Shown here: positions 21,522 through 31,981 of the stretch, piece after piece | Position numbering within the stretch: the stretch's first letter is position 1 | Layout of the letters: the number at the start of each line of letters is the position of its first letter | Assembly (NCBI GenBank): GCA_036676985.1 | Contig: JAKFBU010000006.1 | Location: forward strand, 1 to 64,000 | Reading direction: 5' to 3' | Length of the DNA stretch: 64,000 nucleotides | Source of the DNA: Candidatus Sericytochromatia bacterium | GTDB taxonomy: Bacteria > Cyanobacteriota > Sericytochromatia > S15B-MN24 > UBA4093 | The notes under the pieces: model-generated | What the model saw: only the letters and a program-made list of their open reading frames with translations | The model's database searches: none | What the model was told of the DNA's origin: nothing | Program-made: the position numbers and the translations under genes

Positions 21522-23054
21522 TCAGGCCTTGCCGCGATCGAGGGTGCGGTACTGGATGGCCTCGGCGACATGCGGGGCCTCGATGGCCGCGGAGGCTTCC
21601 AAATCGGCGATGGTGCGGGCCACCTTGAGGATGCGGTCGTAGGAGCGGGCCGAGAGCCCGAGCTGGGCGATCGCGAGCCGCAGGAGCTCCGTGCCCGTCG
21701 CCTCCAGTCGGCAGTGATCCCGCACGTCCCTGGCCCGCATCTGGGCGTTGCAGTGGACGCCCGGTGCGCCTTTGAAGCGATCGCGCTGCACCTCGCGTGC
21801 CGCCATCACTCGCGCCCGGATGACGCTCGAGGGCTCGGCCTGCTGGGCCTGCATCATGTCCGCCTGCGAGAGGCGGGGCACCTCGATCTGCAGGTCGATC
21901 CGGTCCAGCAAGGGCCCCGAGAGGCGGGTCCAGTAGCGATCGGCCTGGAACGTCGAGCAGCTGCAAGCCTTGACGGCATCCCCGCGGTAGCCGCAGGGAC
22001 AGGGGTTGAGGGCGGCCGCGAGGGTGAATTGGGCCGGGTAGGTGAGCGCCATCTGGGCTCTCGAGATGGTCACCACGCCATCCTCCAGGGGCTGGCGCAT
22101 CACTTCCAGCACATCGCGGCGAAATTCCGGCAGCTCGTCCAGAAACAACACGCCGTGGTGAGCGAGCGAGATTTCGCCGGGACGGGGCACGGAGCTGCCG
22201 CCCACCAGGCCCGCGGGCGAGATGGAGTGGTGGGGCGAGCGAAAGGGGCGCCGGGTGATGAGGGGGGTGCCCGCGGGCAAGAGGCCCGCCACGCTGTAGA
22301 GCTTGGTCACCTCCAGGCTCTCGGAGGCGTCCAGCGGCGGGAGGATACCCGGCAACCGCTTGGCCAGCATGGTCTTGCCGCTGCCTGGCGGCCCCACGAG
22401 CATGACGTTGTGGCCGCCCGCAGCCGCGACCTCCAGCGCCCGCTTGGCGAAGTCCTGCCCCTTCACCTCCTCGAAGTCGGGCATGTCCGGATCGGGCGCT
22501 CCGAGCATGGAGCCGAGGTCCACCCGGGTGGCCTCCAGGCCGGACCGCTGGTTGAGCAGGCCGACGACCTGGGCGATGCTGTCGGCCCCGAACACCGCCA
22601 GCTCGCTCACCAGGGCGGCCTCGGGGGCGTTGGCGGCAGGCACCACGATGGCCTTGAAGCCGGCGCGGGCGGCGGACAGCGCGATCGGTAGGATGCCGCT
22701 GACCGGGCGCAGGGCGCCATCCAGGGACAACTCGCCGACGAACATGGTGTCCGCGAGCGCGTCCGGGACGATCTGGTCCGACGCGGCCAGGATGCCCACG
22801 GCGATGGGCAGGTCGAAGCTCGGGCCGGCCTTCTTGATGTCCGCCGGAGCCAGGTTGCATGTGAGGCGCAGGGGCGGGAAGGCATACCCCGAGTTGCGGA
22901 TCGCGCTCTTGACCCGTTCTCGGCTCTCCTGGACGCCCGTGTCGCCCAGGCCGACCACCGTGAACGCCGGCAATCCGTTGGCGATGTCGACCTCGACCTC
23001 CACCACGTAGGCATCCACGCCCAGCACGGCTCCGCTCAGCGCTTTGGCCAGCAT
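21522..23054 (-). CDS. comM: ComM/YifB Mg-chelatase-like AAA+ ATPase
   Basis: [51 protein letters not shown]. Confidence 0.93.
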   Translation of the reverse strand: MLAKALSGAVLGVDAYVVEVEVDIANGLPAFTVVGLGDTGVQESRERVKSAIRNSGYAFPPLRLTCNLAPADIKKAGPSFDLPIAVGILAASDQIVPDALADTMFVGELSLDGALRPVSGILPIALSAARAGFKAIVVPAANAPEAALVSELAVFGADSIAQVVGLLNQRSGLEATRVDLGSMLGAPDPDMPDFEEVKGQDFAKRALEVAAAGGHNVMLVGPPGSGKTMLAKRLPGILPPLDASESLEVTKLYSVAGLLPAGTPLITRRPFRSPHHSISPAGLVGGSSVPRPGEISLAHHGVLFLDELPEFRRDVLEVMRQPLEDGVVTISRAQMALTYPAQFTLAAALNPCPCGYRGDAVKACSCSTFQADRYWTRLSGPLLDRIDLQIEVPRLSQADMMQAQQAEPSSVIRARVMAAREVQRDRFKGAPGVHCNAQMRARDVRDHCRLEATGTELLRLAIAQLGLSARSYDRILKVARTIADLEASAAIEAPHVAEAIQYRTLDRGKA

Positions 23055-23067
23055 GCGACCTCCTGCC

Positions 23068-23104
23068 TTTGATATATAAATGTATTCTTTTATTTTATAT
23101 CAAA
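23068..23104. promoter_or_regulatory. AT-rich inverted repeat, candidate operator upstream of comM
   Basis: TTTGATATA-N19-TATATCAAA immediately upstream of the comM RBS. Confidence 0.55.
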
Positions 23105-23253
23105 AAGCTGAAAATGACGTCACGAGGCCATCGCGTTCGATGGTCGAACGACCTCCAAACGAACAAATTACGGGGCTTTTACGGATTTAGTATTTGCGGA
23201 CTCTGCCATACTCCATGCACGATGTGATGGGTGATTTGAAGGAGCCGGCGGCC

Positions 23254-23454
23254 ATGGGCGCGCAATCGGAAGAGCTGAAGGACCTCGCGTGTCCCCTGTG
23301 CTCCGAGCCCATGGCGCACCTGACCCAGCATGGCCTGCACTGCCTGAAGTGCTGCCTGGTCGTCATCATGCACGACGGGGGCCGCGCCACCCTCATCCCG
23401 TCCAAGGGTGCCATCCGGGACGTGCGGCTGGCCGACCTCAGGCGCCCCCGCTGA
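23254..23454 (+). CDS. small zinc-ribbon protein
   Basis: CPLC...CLKC, GAAGGAG RBS, followed by a hairpin. Start uncertain. Confidence 0.6.
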   Translation: MGAQSEELKDLACPLCSEPMAHLTQHGLHCLKCCLVVIMHDGGRATLIPSKGAIRDVRLADLRRPR

Positions 23455-23456
23455 CT

Positions 23457-23482
23457 CGAGCCCGCCGGATCCGGCGGGCTCG
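23457..23482. terminator. palindromic hairpin between convergent genes
   Basis: CGAGCCCGCCGGATCCGGCGGGCTCG. Confidence 0.7.
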
Positions 23483-23486
23483 CGGC

Positions 23487-24074
23487 TTACGGGCGAACGG
23501 CGATGCCCTTGACCTCCAGCTTGACCTCGTCGTCGACCGGCCGGAAGAGCAGGCTGGGCCGCTCGACGCCAAACTCGGACAGCAGGAACGAGAAGCGGGC
23601 GTCCACCTCCATCCGGGCGCCGTCCACGAAGCCGCTCAGCGTGATGTCCACCGGGCGGGTGGTGCCGTTGAGCGTGAGGCTCCCCTTGGCCGTTCCCTCG
23701 GCGGTCGTCTTCGTCCCTTCCGTGCGCTTGCTCGCCCAGGTGACGGACTGGATCTCCAGGACGGCCTGGGGGTAGCGGGACACGTGCATGACTTGCAGCA
23801 TGTTGCGATCGCGGTTGCGGTTGCCGCTGTCGAACGACCGGATCGGCACCGAGAGCCGGAGCGGCATGGCCAGGTCCGGTCCGGCCGTCACACGGGGCTC
23901 GCCGGAGAGCTGGTGCGAGACCCCCACCACGTGGTGCATGGGGTGGATCACATGGTAGGTCACCGTGCTCTCGGGAGTGAATCGATAGGTGGTCGGCTCG
24001 GCCGCGAACCCGGGTGCCGAGAGCGCGCTGCCGAGCAGCAGGGAGGCGAGGGCGAGGCGAAGCTTAGAAGTCAA
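23487..24074 (-). CDS. YceI-family periplasmic lipid/polyisoprenoid-binding protein
   Basis: Signal peptide; SFDSGNRNRD..M, GSLTLNGTTRPV, FGVERP motifs. Confidence 0.85.
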   Translation of the reverse strand: MTSKLRLALASLLLGSALSAPGFAAEPTTYRFTPESTVTYHVIHPMHHVVGVSHQLSGEPRVTAGPDLAMPLRLSVPIRSFDSGNRNRDRNMLQVMHVSRYPQAVLEIQSVTWASKRTEGTKTTAEGTAKGSLTLNGTTRPVDITLSGFVDGARMEVDARFSFLLSEFGVERPSLLFRPVDDEVKLEVKGIAVRP

Positions 24075-24642
24075 AGACGATCACTCCTGCGGACAGGGCC
24101 ATGAGGCCCAGGGTCGTCCCCCCGAGGATGCCGTGCGTCACGCGGTCCATGCCGCCGGTGGCCGTCAGCACGCCCAGGACGAAGGTGGTGGCGATCCCGG
24201 CCCCATGCAGCCAGGCGAGCGAGCGGTGCAGCGAGACCGCATCCCAGCCCGACCCTGCCGGCTCGTAGCCCGCGGGTACGGTCAGGGCGAGCGTCGCCGC
24301 CCCCAGGTACAGGCCCGTCGTGAGGCCGCCCAGGGCCATGTGGACGGTGCGCAGGGTCCCGTACTGGGATGCCGGCGCCCAGTTGGAGGTATAGCCGCCG
24401 AGGCCAGCGGTGAGGGCCATGGACCCGAGGGTCGCAAGCCCGAAGCCCTGGTGCCACTGCAGCTGGGCATGCCGCACCGTCGCTTCTTCTTCGAGCTTGA
24501 GATCGGTCGGGGCTTCGGCGAGAGGGTCATTCGGCGCCTGTGCGAACTGCAGGCGGTAGTCATCCAGGGGGGCCGCCAAGGCCGGTACGGGTAGAGAAAG
24601 CGTCAAGGCCCCGATCACAGCAGCCTTCAGGGGGGTGGACAC
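24064..24642 (-). CDS. His-rich multi-TM hypothetical protein with signal peptide
   Basis: GTG start after GGAAAGGAG; four hydrophobic helices, each with a His; overlaps the YceI start. Confidence 0.7.
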   Translation of the reverse strand: MSTPLKAAVIGALTLSLPVPALAAPLDDYRLQFAQAPNDPLAEAPTDLKLEEEATVRHAQLQWHQGFGLATLGSMALTAGLGGYTSNWAPASQYGTLRTVHMALGGLTTGLYLGAATLALTVPAGYEPAGSGWDAVSLHRSLAWLHGAGIATTFVLGVLTATGGMDRVTHGILGGTTLGLMALSAGVIVFDF

Positions 24643-24894
24643 GCATGGCTCCTTTCCGAACCCACGGTGATGCGCCGCCGCCGGTGCTGGTCGCCCCGGT
24701 TCGGCGTCGGCATGACGGGAAAGTTGCAAACATTCTTCATCATGACATACGTCTGCCCGGCCGCACGGGGGGCGATGCTCCGGATGCTTTGGTGAAGCGA
24801 TTTTCAGCCGAGCGAGTGGTGCGGGTATCAGTGGCGGCCGGGCTATGGCCGCTTTGTTGAGGCGATCACCGGAGCACCGTACCGGTATCATGTA

Positions 24895-27816
24895 ATGCTA
24901 AGATTATGGCGGGCGGCGCCCTTTGATACGAGGACAGACGTGGCTTCAACCGGAGCAGAGACGACGAACGCAACCCATCCGATCCTCATGCGGGTCGGCA
25001 TCCGCTCGGGTGTGGTCCTGGCGGGCCGCACCCCGGCGGTCCACGACCTCGCCAGCCTCGCGCGGGCCGGGGGGCGGGTGATCGATCGCTCGGACCTGGG
25101 CGTGCTGTTGGCCTTCGGGCCCGGAGAGAGCCCGGCCTTCCTGCGGGCGGCGCGCTTGGCCGCCGATCTCGGCGCCGGCCTGCCGCCGGTCGCGGTGGTG
25201 CTCCATTCCCCCTGCACCGACGATGCGACCGACCATGCCCTCTTGGACGAGCTCCTGGCGATCGCCCGTCCGGGTGAGACGCTCGTGACCGAGGCCTTCT
25301 GGCGTCTGGCCAAGGACCACTTCGACTTTGTGGCCCTGCCGGATCGGCTGTTCCGCCTGGGGAGCGACAAGGTCGCCCTGCCGGACGTGTTCGTGGGCCG
25401 CGGCGCGGAGCTGCACCAGCTGCGGAGCTGCTGGGAGACGGCCCGGCTCGGCCGTCCGCTGCTCGTCAGCATCCAGGGCGAGGCGGGCATCGGCAAGTCC
25501 CGCTTCTTGAACGAGTTCCTCTCCAGCCAGGGTCCGAGCTTTCGGGTATGCTCCGCCTGCTCTCGCCCCAACGAGCAGCAACGTCCCTATGCCTTCCTCT
25601 CCTCGGTCGTCAGGTCGCTGGGCCTGCAAGTGGGCCGGCTGGCCGACGAGCTGGGGGCGTCCGGGGCGGACCTGGACGACCTGCTCGGCTCCGAGCCCAT
25701 CGCGACGACCATCCAGCCGCGTCACCGTCAGTTCCGGGCCTTCCGGGCCCTGAGCCAGGTGCTGCGGGAGCGACTCGGCTCCACGCCCACCATCCTCGCC
25801 CTCGAGGATCTGCACTGGGCGGACGAGGCCTCGCTCACCTGGCTCGATTCCCTGATCTCGGAGCTCGCGTTCGCCGAGCAGTCGCCGCCCTGGCTCTTCG
25901 TCTTCACCGAGCGCGGCCGCGAGATCCATCGCCGCTACGGGGGCATGGGCCTGGGCTCGGTCGCCATCCCGCTCAAGCGCCTGGGAGCGAACGAGGTCCA
26001 GGACCTCGTGGCGGCCATCGCGCCCGGCCTGGACGAAACGACGCGCCGGACGGTCATCGAGCGCTCGGCGGGGAACCCGCTCTACCTGCGGGAGTTCGTG
26101 CATCTGGCCGAGCAGGTCGGAGCCGTCGCGGGCCTGCCTGCGAACGTGGTCTGGGAGCTCGAGCAGCGCCTGAACGCCCTCGGCCCGGTCGATCGCAGGG
26201 TGGTCGAGCTCGCGGCCGTCCTGGGCCCGGAGTTCGACGTGGCCCTGCTCGACAGGCTCCTGAGCGTTCCGGGCTTTCGGCAGGCGCTCGCGAACCTCTC
26301 GGGGGCGGGGCTCGTGGTACGGGGCGCCGAGACGGCGAGCTTCAGCCATCACCTGCTCTACGAGGCCGCCTATGCCTCGCTGCCCGCCGAGCGGCGCCGG
26401 GAGCTGCATGCGATGGTCGCCCACACCCTGGAGGCGGACGGAGCCTCGAGCGACATGGTCGCCTGGCACCTCCTGAAGGGTCCCAGACCGGCCCAGGCTC
26501 GCCCTCACCTGTTCAAGGCGGCCCGCCGGGCGCGCGAGCGTTACGCCCATGCCGAGGCCAAGGAGCTCTTGATGCGGGCGAGCCGCGCGGGCGCCGAGAC
26601 CGACGCCCTCGCAGCGGCGGTGAGCCTGGAGCTCGCGGAGGTCCTCCTGGCCCTCGGAGAGCTCGAGGCGGCGCGCTGGGAGGTCCAGCGGATCCGTGCG
26701 GTGGTCCCGGACGGCGAGCGCCTGCGCCTGGCGGTCCTCACCAGCCAGCTGGACGAGCGGCGCGGAGAGTACGGCCGGGCGATCGCCGCGCTGCATGATC
26801 TGTCCGGCGCGGACCTGGCGTCCGGCGAGCGGGCCCGGCTCCACCTGGCCGAGGCGAGCCTGCTCCTGCGCCAAGGGGAGTTCGCCGGCTGCCGCGACCT
26901 CGCCCAGCGGGCGATCGCTCTCTTGGACGAGCATCCCAGTCTCGATCGGGCCCTCGCACACAGCCTCGCGGGCATCGCGACCTACCGGCTCGAGGGGCCG
27001 GAGCGCGCCTTGCCGGCCTACCATGTGGCCCTGGACCTCCGGGAAGGCCTCGGCGACCCCGCGGCCGTCGCCGGCAGCCTCAGCAACCTGGGCATCGCCT
27101 ACTACGAGCTCGGCCGCTGGGACGAGGCCTTGTCGGCCTTCGACCGGGCGCTCGAGACGTTCCGCTCCATCGGAGAGCGCTGGCAGCTCACGGTGGTCCT
27201 GAACAACCGGGGGCACCTCCTGCTCAATCGCGGCGACGTCGAGGCTGCCGAGGCCTGCTACCGCGAGGCCCTCGGGCTCAAGCGCGAGATGGCCGAGGAG
27301 CCGGGCGTGGCCATCGCCCTGTGCAACCTGGGCAATGCCCTCTCACGCCGGGAGGCCTTCGGAGAGGCCCGGGCATGCCTGCAGGAGGCCAGCCACCTCC
27401 TGGAGCGCCTGGGCGAGCAGGAGACGCTCGCGGAGGTCTACCAGGTGTACGGCATGCTCGAGCTCGCGGCCGGGGATGGCCCGCGCGCCAGGCTCCTGCT
27501 GGAGCGGGCGCTGGAGGCGAGCTCCGCCGTGCGGCGGCAGGTGCCGCGCGCCATCGCCTTGCGGGGCCTGTCGCAGCTTGCCGCCCAGGAGGCGCGCTGG
27601 GAGGACGCCGCGTTATTCGCCTGGGAGTCCGTCCAGCTGAACGATCGCCTGCAGAACCCGCTCGAGCTCGGCCGCAGCCTGGTGGCATGGGGCCTGGCAC
27701 AGAAGGCCCTTGGCGACCATGAGCGGGCCATGGACGCCGTGGACAAGGCGAGCGTCCTTTTCCGCCAGCTCGGAGCCCTGCAGGACGTGCGCGCCATCGT
27801 GTCCCAGCTCGGTTGA
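24895..27816 (+). CDS. STAND-type AAA ATPase with degenerate cyclase-like N-terminus and TPR array
   Basis: FVGR..EL, Walker A GEAGIGKS, Walker B LEDLHWAD, GNPLYL, FSHHLL, many TPRs (SNLGIAYYELGRWDEAL). Start uncertain. Confidence 0.82.
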   Translation: MLRLWRAAPFDTRTDVASTGAETTNATHPILMRVGIRSGVVLAGRTPAVHDLASLARAGGRVIDRSDLGVLLAFGPGESPAFLRAARLAADLGAGLPPVAVVLHSPCTDDATDHALLDELLAIARPGETLVTEAFWRLAKDHFDFVALPDRLFRLGSDKVALPDVFVGRGAELHQLRSCWETARLGRPLLVSIQGEAGIGKSRFLNEFLSSQGPSFRVCSACSRPNEQQRPYAFLSSVVRSLGLQVGRLADELGASGADLDDLLGSEPIATTIQPRHRQFRAFRALSQVLRERLGSTPTILALEDLHWADEASLTWLDSLISELAFAEQSPPWLFVFTERGREIHRRYGGMGLGSVAIPLKRLGANEVQDLVAAIAPGLDETTRRTVIERSAGNPLYLREFVHLAEQVGAVAGLPANVVWELEQRLNALGPVDRRVVELAAVLGPEFDVALLDRLLSVPGFRQALANLSGAGLVVRGAETASFSHHLLYEAAYASLPAERRRELHAMVAHTLEADGASSDMVAWHLLKGPRPAQARPHLFKAARRARERYAHAEAKELLMRASRAGAETDALAAAVSLELAEVLLALGELEAARWEVQRIRAVVPDGERLRLAVLTSQLDERRGEYGRAIAALHDLSGADLASGERARLHLAEASLLLRQGEFAGCRDLAQRAIALLDEHPSLDRALAHSLAGIATYRLEGPERALPAYHVALDLREGLGDPAAVAGSLSNLGIAYYELGRWDEALSAFDRALETFRSIGERWQLTVVLNNRGHLLLNRGDVEAAEACYREALGLKREMAEEPGVAIALCNLGNALSRREAFGEARACLQEASHLLERLGEQETLAEVYQVYGMLELAAGDGPRARLLLERALEASSAVRRQVPRAIALRGLSQLAAQEARWEDAALFAWESVQLNDRLQNPLELGRSLVAWGLAQKALGDHERAMDAVDKASVLFRQLGALQDVRAIVSQLG

Positions 27817-27831
27817 TACGGAGGGGCCAGC

Positions 27832-29685
27832 TTGATAGAATTATGGCGGCGGCCGAAGCCGCTACTTTGGAGGGTTGAGGCCATTCGACTCAAGCGCCAC
27901 CACGATTGGCTTCGGCGCGGCGTCCCGCTGGCTCTCGGCGTGGCTGCTGCCTCCTGGCTGATCCCCCAGCACTCCACCGCGCTCGCGTTGCTCGTCGGCG
28001 CTGCCTCCTTGGCCGTCTTCGGCTGGGAGTTCGGTGGCTCGAGCGACGAGCACAAGCACTTCAAGTTTCAACCGGATCTATCGGCCGCCTTCGGGACCCT
28101 CTGCGCCGAGCTCCATGTCTCGGGCATCCTGTACGCCTGCGACGACGACGAGCAGGGCCTGCGCCCCGTCGCGCGTACAATGCCGGAGCCCGCGAGCCCC
28201 CTGCGGTGGGGAGACGATCCCGCCACCCGGGCCATGACCACCCTCAAGCCGTATTTCTTCACCACCTACACGGCTCCCGAGGCCCTTGCCCAGCAGGGGT
28301 TCGCGGGATGCTCGACGCTCGTGTACCCGATGATCCACAAGGGGCGTGCGGTGGGCATGGCGCTGCTGACCAGCCGTCAGGTCGAGCTTGGCCAAGCGCA
28401 GCTCGAGCGGGTCCAGAGCGCCGAGCCGCTGCTCTCCCTGTTGCTCGAGAACGAGGTGCTCAACACGCGGCTCTCCCGCAGCCAGAGCGAGAAGGAGGCG
28501 ATCATCGCCCTGACCCGCCTTGCCCAGGGCCGCAGCGACTCGGATCAGGTCTTCCAGGAGGCGGCCTTGCAGCTGAGACGCCTCACGGGGGCTTGTCATG
28601 CGGCGATCGCCCTGCGCACCCCCATGGGGGCTCTGGTCGTCGGCGGCCTCTCCACCGAGGGCGGCGCCCGGGTCCGGGAGGGCCTGATGGCGGCGGAGCT
28701 CGCCGAGCGCGAGTGGCCCCACTTTCACCAGGTGCTTTCCAACCCCGTGGGTAGCACGCTCGTGCCCCTTTCGACCACCTCGTTGACCCCGGCCGAGTCG
28801 GCCTGGGCCCGGCACGTCGCCCCCAACGGCCACATGCTCTGCGCGGCCTTCGGCCCCGAGGAGGCGCGCGACGGCGTGCTCGTCCTGTGCTGGCCGCAGG
28901 AGGGAGCGCTCCGGCTTCAGGAGTCCCGACTGGCCCAGCGGTTGGGCGATCTCATGGCCTTGGTGGCGGCCTCGCGCCGACAGGGTGCGACGCTCAGGGC
29001 CGTCGAGGCGCGCGAGGCCGCAAGCGCCCGGCTCTCTGCCACCCAGGAGGGCTTGATCGCCCAGATGGTCAGAGAGGTTCGCAAGGCGACCTTTGCCGTG
29101 CGCCAGTGGCGCCAGGAATTCTCGTCGGGGGCCATGCCGTCGGGCGAGGTCTTGCAGGCGCTCGATCAGCAGGCGTCCGTGCTCTCGCACTGGCTTGCGA
29201 CGGCGGCTGACGAGGAGGCGGAGCGCTCCTCGCTCCGCACGGGCCTGCAGGAGGCCCATGCGGTCGCGCGCGAGTTCTGTCGGCGCAAGGGACAATCGCT
29301 CGAGGTGGAAGCCCTGCCGGAGGCGGAGCTTTCCTTGTCACCGTTGGATTTCGGGCAGATCGTCGGCACCCTCCTGGACAACGCGAGCCGTTACTCGCCT
29401 CCCGGGACGTCGATTCGTTCATGGGCGGCGGTGTCGGAGGCCTGGGCCACGGTCTACGTCTCGGACCAAGGGGAGGGCATCCCGCCGGAGCTCCAGGACC
29501 GCGTCGGTCAGGCGGGCTTCCAGGTGGAGCCGTCGCGCGGCGGTCAAGGGATGGGCCTCGCCCAGGCCCGTGAGCTCGTGGATCGGGCGGGCGGGGTGCT
29601 GGGCTTCACCTCGGAGGTCGGCAAGGGCTCGACGTTCTACGTCACGCTGCCGATCGGCCGTCGGGGCCCGGAGAGGGACAATTGA
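27832..29685 (+). CDS. membrane-anchored GAF-like/HATPase protein (kinase-like, no obvious H-box His)
   Basis: Two TM helices, GAF-like regions, LLDNASRYS, VSDQGEGI, GQGMGL, GSTFYV; TTG start with GGAGG RBS. Confidence 0.78.
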   Translation: MIELWRRPKPLLWRVEAIRLKRHHDWLRRGVPLALGVAAASWLIPQHSTALALLVGAASLAVFGWEFGGSSDEHKHFKFQPDLSAAFGTLCAELHVSGILYACDDDEQGLRPVARTMPEPASPLRWGDDPATRAMTTLKPYFFTTYTAPEALAQQGFAGCSTLVYPMIHKGRAVGMALLTSRQVELGQAQLERVQSAEPLLSLLLENEVLNTRLSRSQSEKEAIIALTRLAQGRSDSDQVFQEAALQLRRLTGACHAAIALRTPMGALVVGGLSTEGGARVREGLMAAELAEREWPHFHQVLSNPVGSTLVPLSTTSLTPAESAWARHVAPNGHMLCAAFGPEEARDGVLVLCWPQEGALRLQESRLAQRLGDLMALVAASRRQGATLRAVEAREAASARLSATQEGLIAQMVREVRKATFAVRQWRQEFSSGAMPSGEVLQALDQQASVLSHWLATAADEEAERSSLRTGLQEAHAVAREFCRRKGQSLEVEALPEAELSLSPLDFGQIVGTLLDNASRYSPPGTSIRSWAAVSEAWATVYVSDQGEGIPPELQDRVGQAGFQVEPSRGGQGMGLAQARELVDRAGGVLGFTSEVGKGSTFYVTLPIGRRGPERDN

Positions 29686-29740
29686 TGCCTTGCTTGCCAG
29701 GAGCTAGACTAGAAGCGACTCGGCGGTGATTAGAAGCCTT

Positions 29741-31975
29741 ATGACTCAGCGAATCGTGCGTATCCTAACCTGTTGTATGCTCCTCGCGACGCTGCTAGTG
29801 GGGTGCGAACTCAAGTCGTTGCCGGGCGGCCTCCAGGGTCCCGCCTTCGACGGCGTTTCCCAGACCATCCCCCTCATCGTGGGCACCCTGGTCGACGGCT
29901 CGGGCCAGCCGGTCGAGGGCGCCAAGGTCCGGGCCTACGTGGCGCCGTACCGCATCGAGGCCCTGTCGACGGAGCCCGCGGCCGCCGTGGAGACGATGAC
30001 CGACACCAAGGGCACCTTCCGCCTCGACTCGCCGCCCCTGGGGACTGTGGCCGTCGAGGCCCGCGGACGCGGCCTCAAGGCCCTGCGCACCGGGGTGGCC
30101 GTGTCGAGCGGGGCCACGGTGGAGCTCGGGACGCTGTCCCTTCACCCAACCGGACGCATCTCGGGCAAGGTCACGGCTCCGGGCGGTGTTTCGCTGCTGG
30201 GCACGGACGTCTTCATCCCTGGCACGGACTACCTCGCCAAGGCCGCGGCCGACGGCTCTTACTCGATTCAGGACGTGCCGGTCGGCACCTACCAACTGGC
30301 GGCCGTGCGACCGAACTTCCATCCGCGGGTGATCGAGGGCGTGAGCGTCTTCGCAGGCCAAACGACGACGCCTTCGGAATTGGCCTTGAGTCTGGACGCG
30401 CCGGTACTCACGAGCTTGAATCCGGAGAGCGGCGGGCCTGGCACCGTGGTCACCCTCCGGGGTGAGAACTTCGGCTCTACCAAGCTCACGAGCTTTCAGG
30501 TGACGTTCAACGATACCCTGGCCGTGACGGCTCGGCGGATCAGTGACACCGAGATCCAGGCGACCGTGCCAATTGGCGCGACCACCGGTGGCGTGCTCGT
30601 TAGGTCAAATGGCATTTCGAGCCAGGCCTTGCCCTTTCAAGTCATTAGCCGCCTAACCCTCTCGCCGAACAACATGGGTCTGTATCCCGGTGCCTCGTTT
30701 GCCTATAGCTTTCAGGCATTAAACGATCGGGGGGATTTTGTCGCCTCCCCTTTTGTGACGTGGGCACTTCGGGATCCGTCGATCGGAACGGTCAGTGCCC
30801 AGGGGACCTTTCAAAGTAGCAGGGAAGGCGTTACCGAACTCGAGGCGCGCAGTGGGCTGATCGTTTCGGCCGCGTGGATCGGCGTCAGTCGCTATCGCAT
30901 CACCACCTTGTATGGAAACGGCCAGTTTGCCTATACGGGTGACAATGGTTTGGCGAGGGAGGCTTCCTTTCGCCGTCCTTTTACCTTGGCCAAGGATGCA
31001 TCCGGGAGCCTGTACGTTAGCGACGGGAATATGACGGTCATCCGACGGGTGTCGCCTGATGGCGTCATAACTCGATTTGCGGGTGTCGCTGGCAGGGCCG
31101 ATGCGACGGGCGACGGGGGGCCCGCGCTGGAGGCGGCGCTCGGGGAATATTCCACCATTGCCGTGGATCCCCTGAACCGACTCTGGGTCTCGGATCAGCG
31201 CAATCACGTGGTTCGTTTCATTCCCCTGGATGACCGCGATCCGGCTTACCGGGCCGGCTATGTCTACCGTGCCGCCGGAACCGGCAGTCCCGGCTACACT
31301 GGGTCAGGATTACCTGGGTCGCAAACCGCTTTGAACCGGCCGAGCAGGCTGCTTCCGTCCGCCGCTGGCGTTTATATCCCCGATCATGAGAATCACCGTA
31401 TCCGGCTGATCCAGCCAGATTTCTCGGTCGTGGACGTTTTAGGAACGGGACTGACGCCGCTTCTTTCGACACCGGTTCCCGAGGCGAGCGCCAATGTCTC
31501 AAGCCCGGTGGAATGCGTGCTGGATCGGCATGGCAACATGGTCATCGCGTGTCGTCAGCAGCTGCTCTTCTGGTGCCGCGACTCCGGAACCTATTTCGGA
31601 CGGTCGATGCAGGCTGGCTGGGTTTATCCCTTGCTGGATATCACGCCGCTGCGTCCGTTTGTCGGCGATGGTACCTTATCGTCGGCGAGCTACCTGACGA
31701 ACACGCCTCTCGGCTTGCAGTTTGACGGGGAAGGCACCTTATGGTTTGCCGACGATTGTCTGGTCCGGCGGATAACTCCTCAGGGTCGGATCGAGACGAT
31801 TGCCGGTAAGCCGCTCGAAGCGGCCCACCGGCAATCCTTCGGGTTCGATGGCGAGGGGACGAACTCGCTTGTTAGCAGCCTGGGCGAAGCCAATGATCTG
31901 TTGCTTGACGGCACGAGCCTCTACGTCGTCGATTCCGGTTATTCCCGTATCCGACTGCTGCAGCGAGTGGAGTAG
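29741..31975 (+). CDS. lipoprotein with carboxypeptidase-regulatory-like, IPT/TIG, Ig-like and NHL-repeat domains
   Basis: Lipobox LVGC; GTVVTLRGENFG (IPT); NHL-type repeats GDNGLA/GDGGPA, LYVSD, RIRL. Confidence 0.8.
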   Translation: MTQRIVRILTCCMLLATLLVGCELKSLPGGLQGPAFDGVSQTIPLIVGTLVDGSGQPVEGAKVRAYVAPYRIEALSTEPAAAVETMTDTKGTFRLDSPPLGTVAVEARGRGLKALRTGVAVSSGATVELGTLSLHPTGRISGKVTAPGGVSLLGTDVFIPGTDYLAKAAADGSYSIQDVPVGTYQLAAVRPNFHPRVIEGVSVFAGQTTTPSELALSLDAPVLTSLNPESGGPGTVVTLRGENFGSTKLTSFQVTFNDTLAVTARRISDTEIQATVPIGATTGGVLVRSNGISSQALPFQVISRLTLSPNNMGLYPGASFAYSFQALNDRGDFVASPFVTWALRDPSIGTVSAQGTFQSSREGVTELEARSGLIVSAAWIGVSRYRITTLYGNGQFAYTGDNGLAREASFRRPFTLAKDASGSLYVSDGNMTVIRRVSPDGVITRFAGVAGRADATGDGGPALEAALGEYSTIAVDPLNRLWVSDQRNHVVRFIPLDDRDPAYRAGYVYRAAGTGSPGYTGSGLPGSQTALNRPSRLLPSAAGVYIPDHENHRIRLIQPDFSVVDVLGTGLTPLLSTPVPEASANVSSPVECVLDRHGNMVIACRQQLLFWCRDSGTYFGRSMQAGWVYPLLDITPLRPFVGDGTLSSASYLTNTPLGLQFDGEGTLWFADDCLVRRITPQGRIETIAGKPLEAAHRQSFGFDGEGTNSLVSSLGEANDLLLDGTSLYVVDSGYSRIRLLQRVE

Positions 31976-31981
31976 TCAGGC

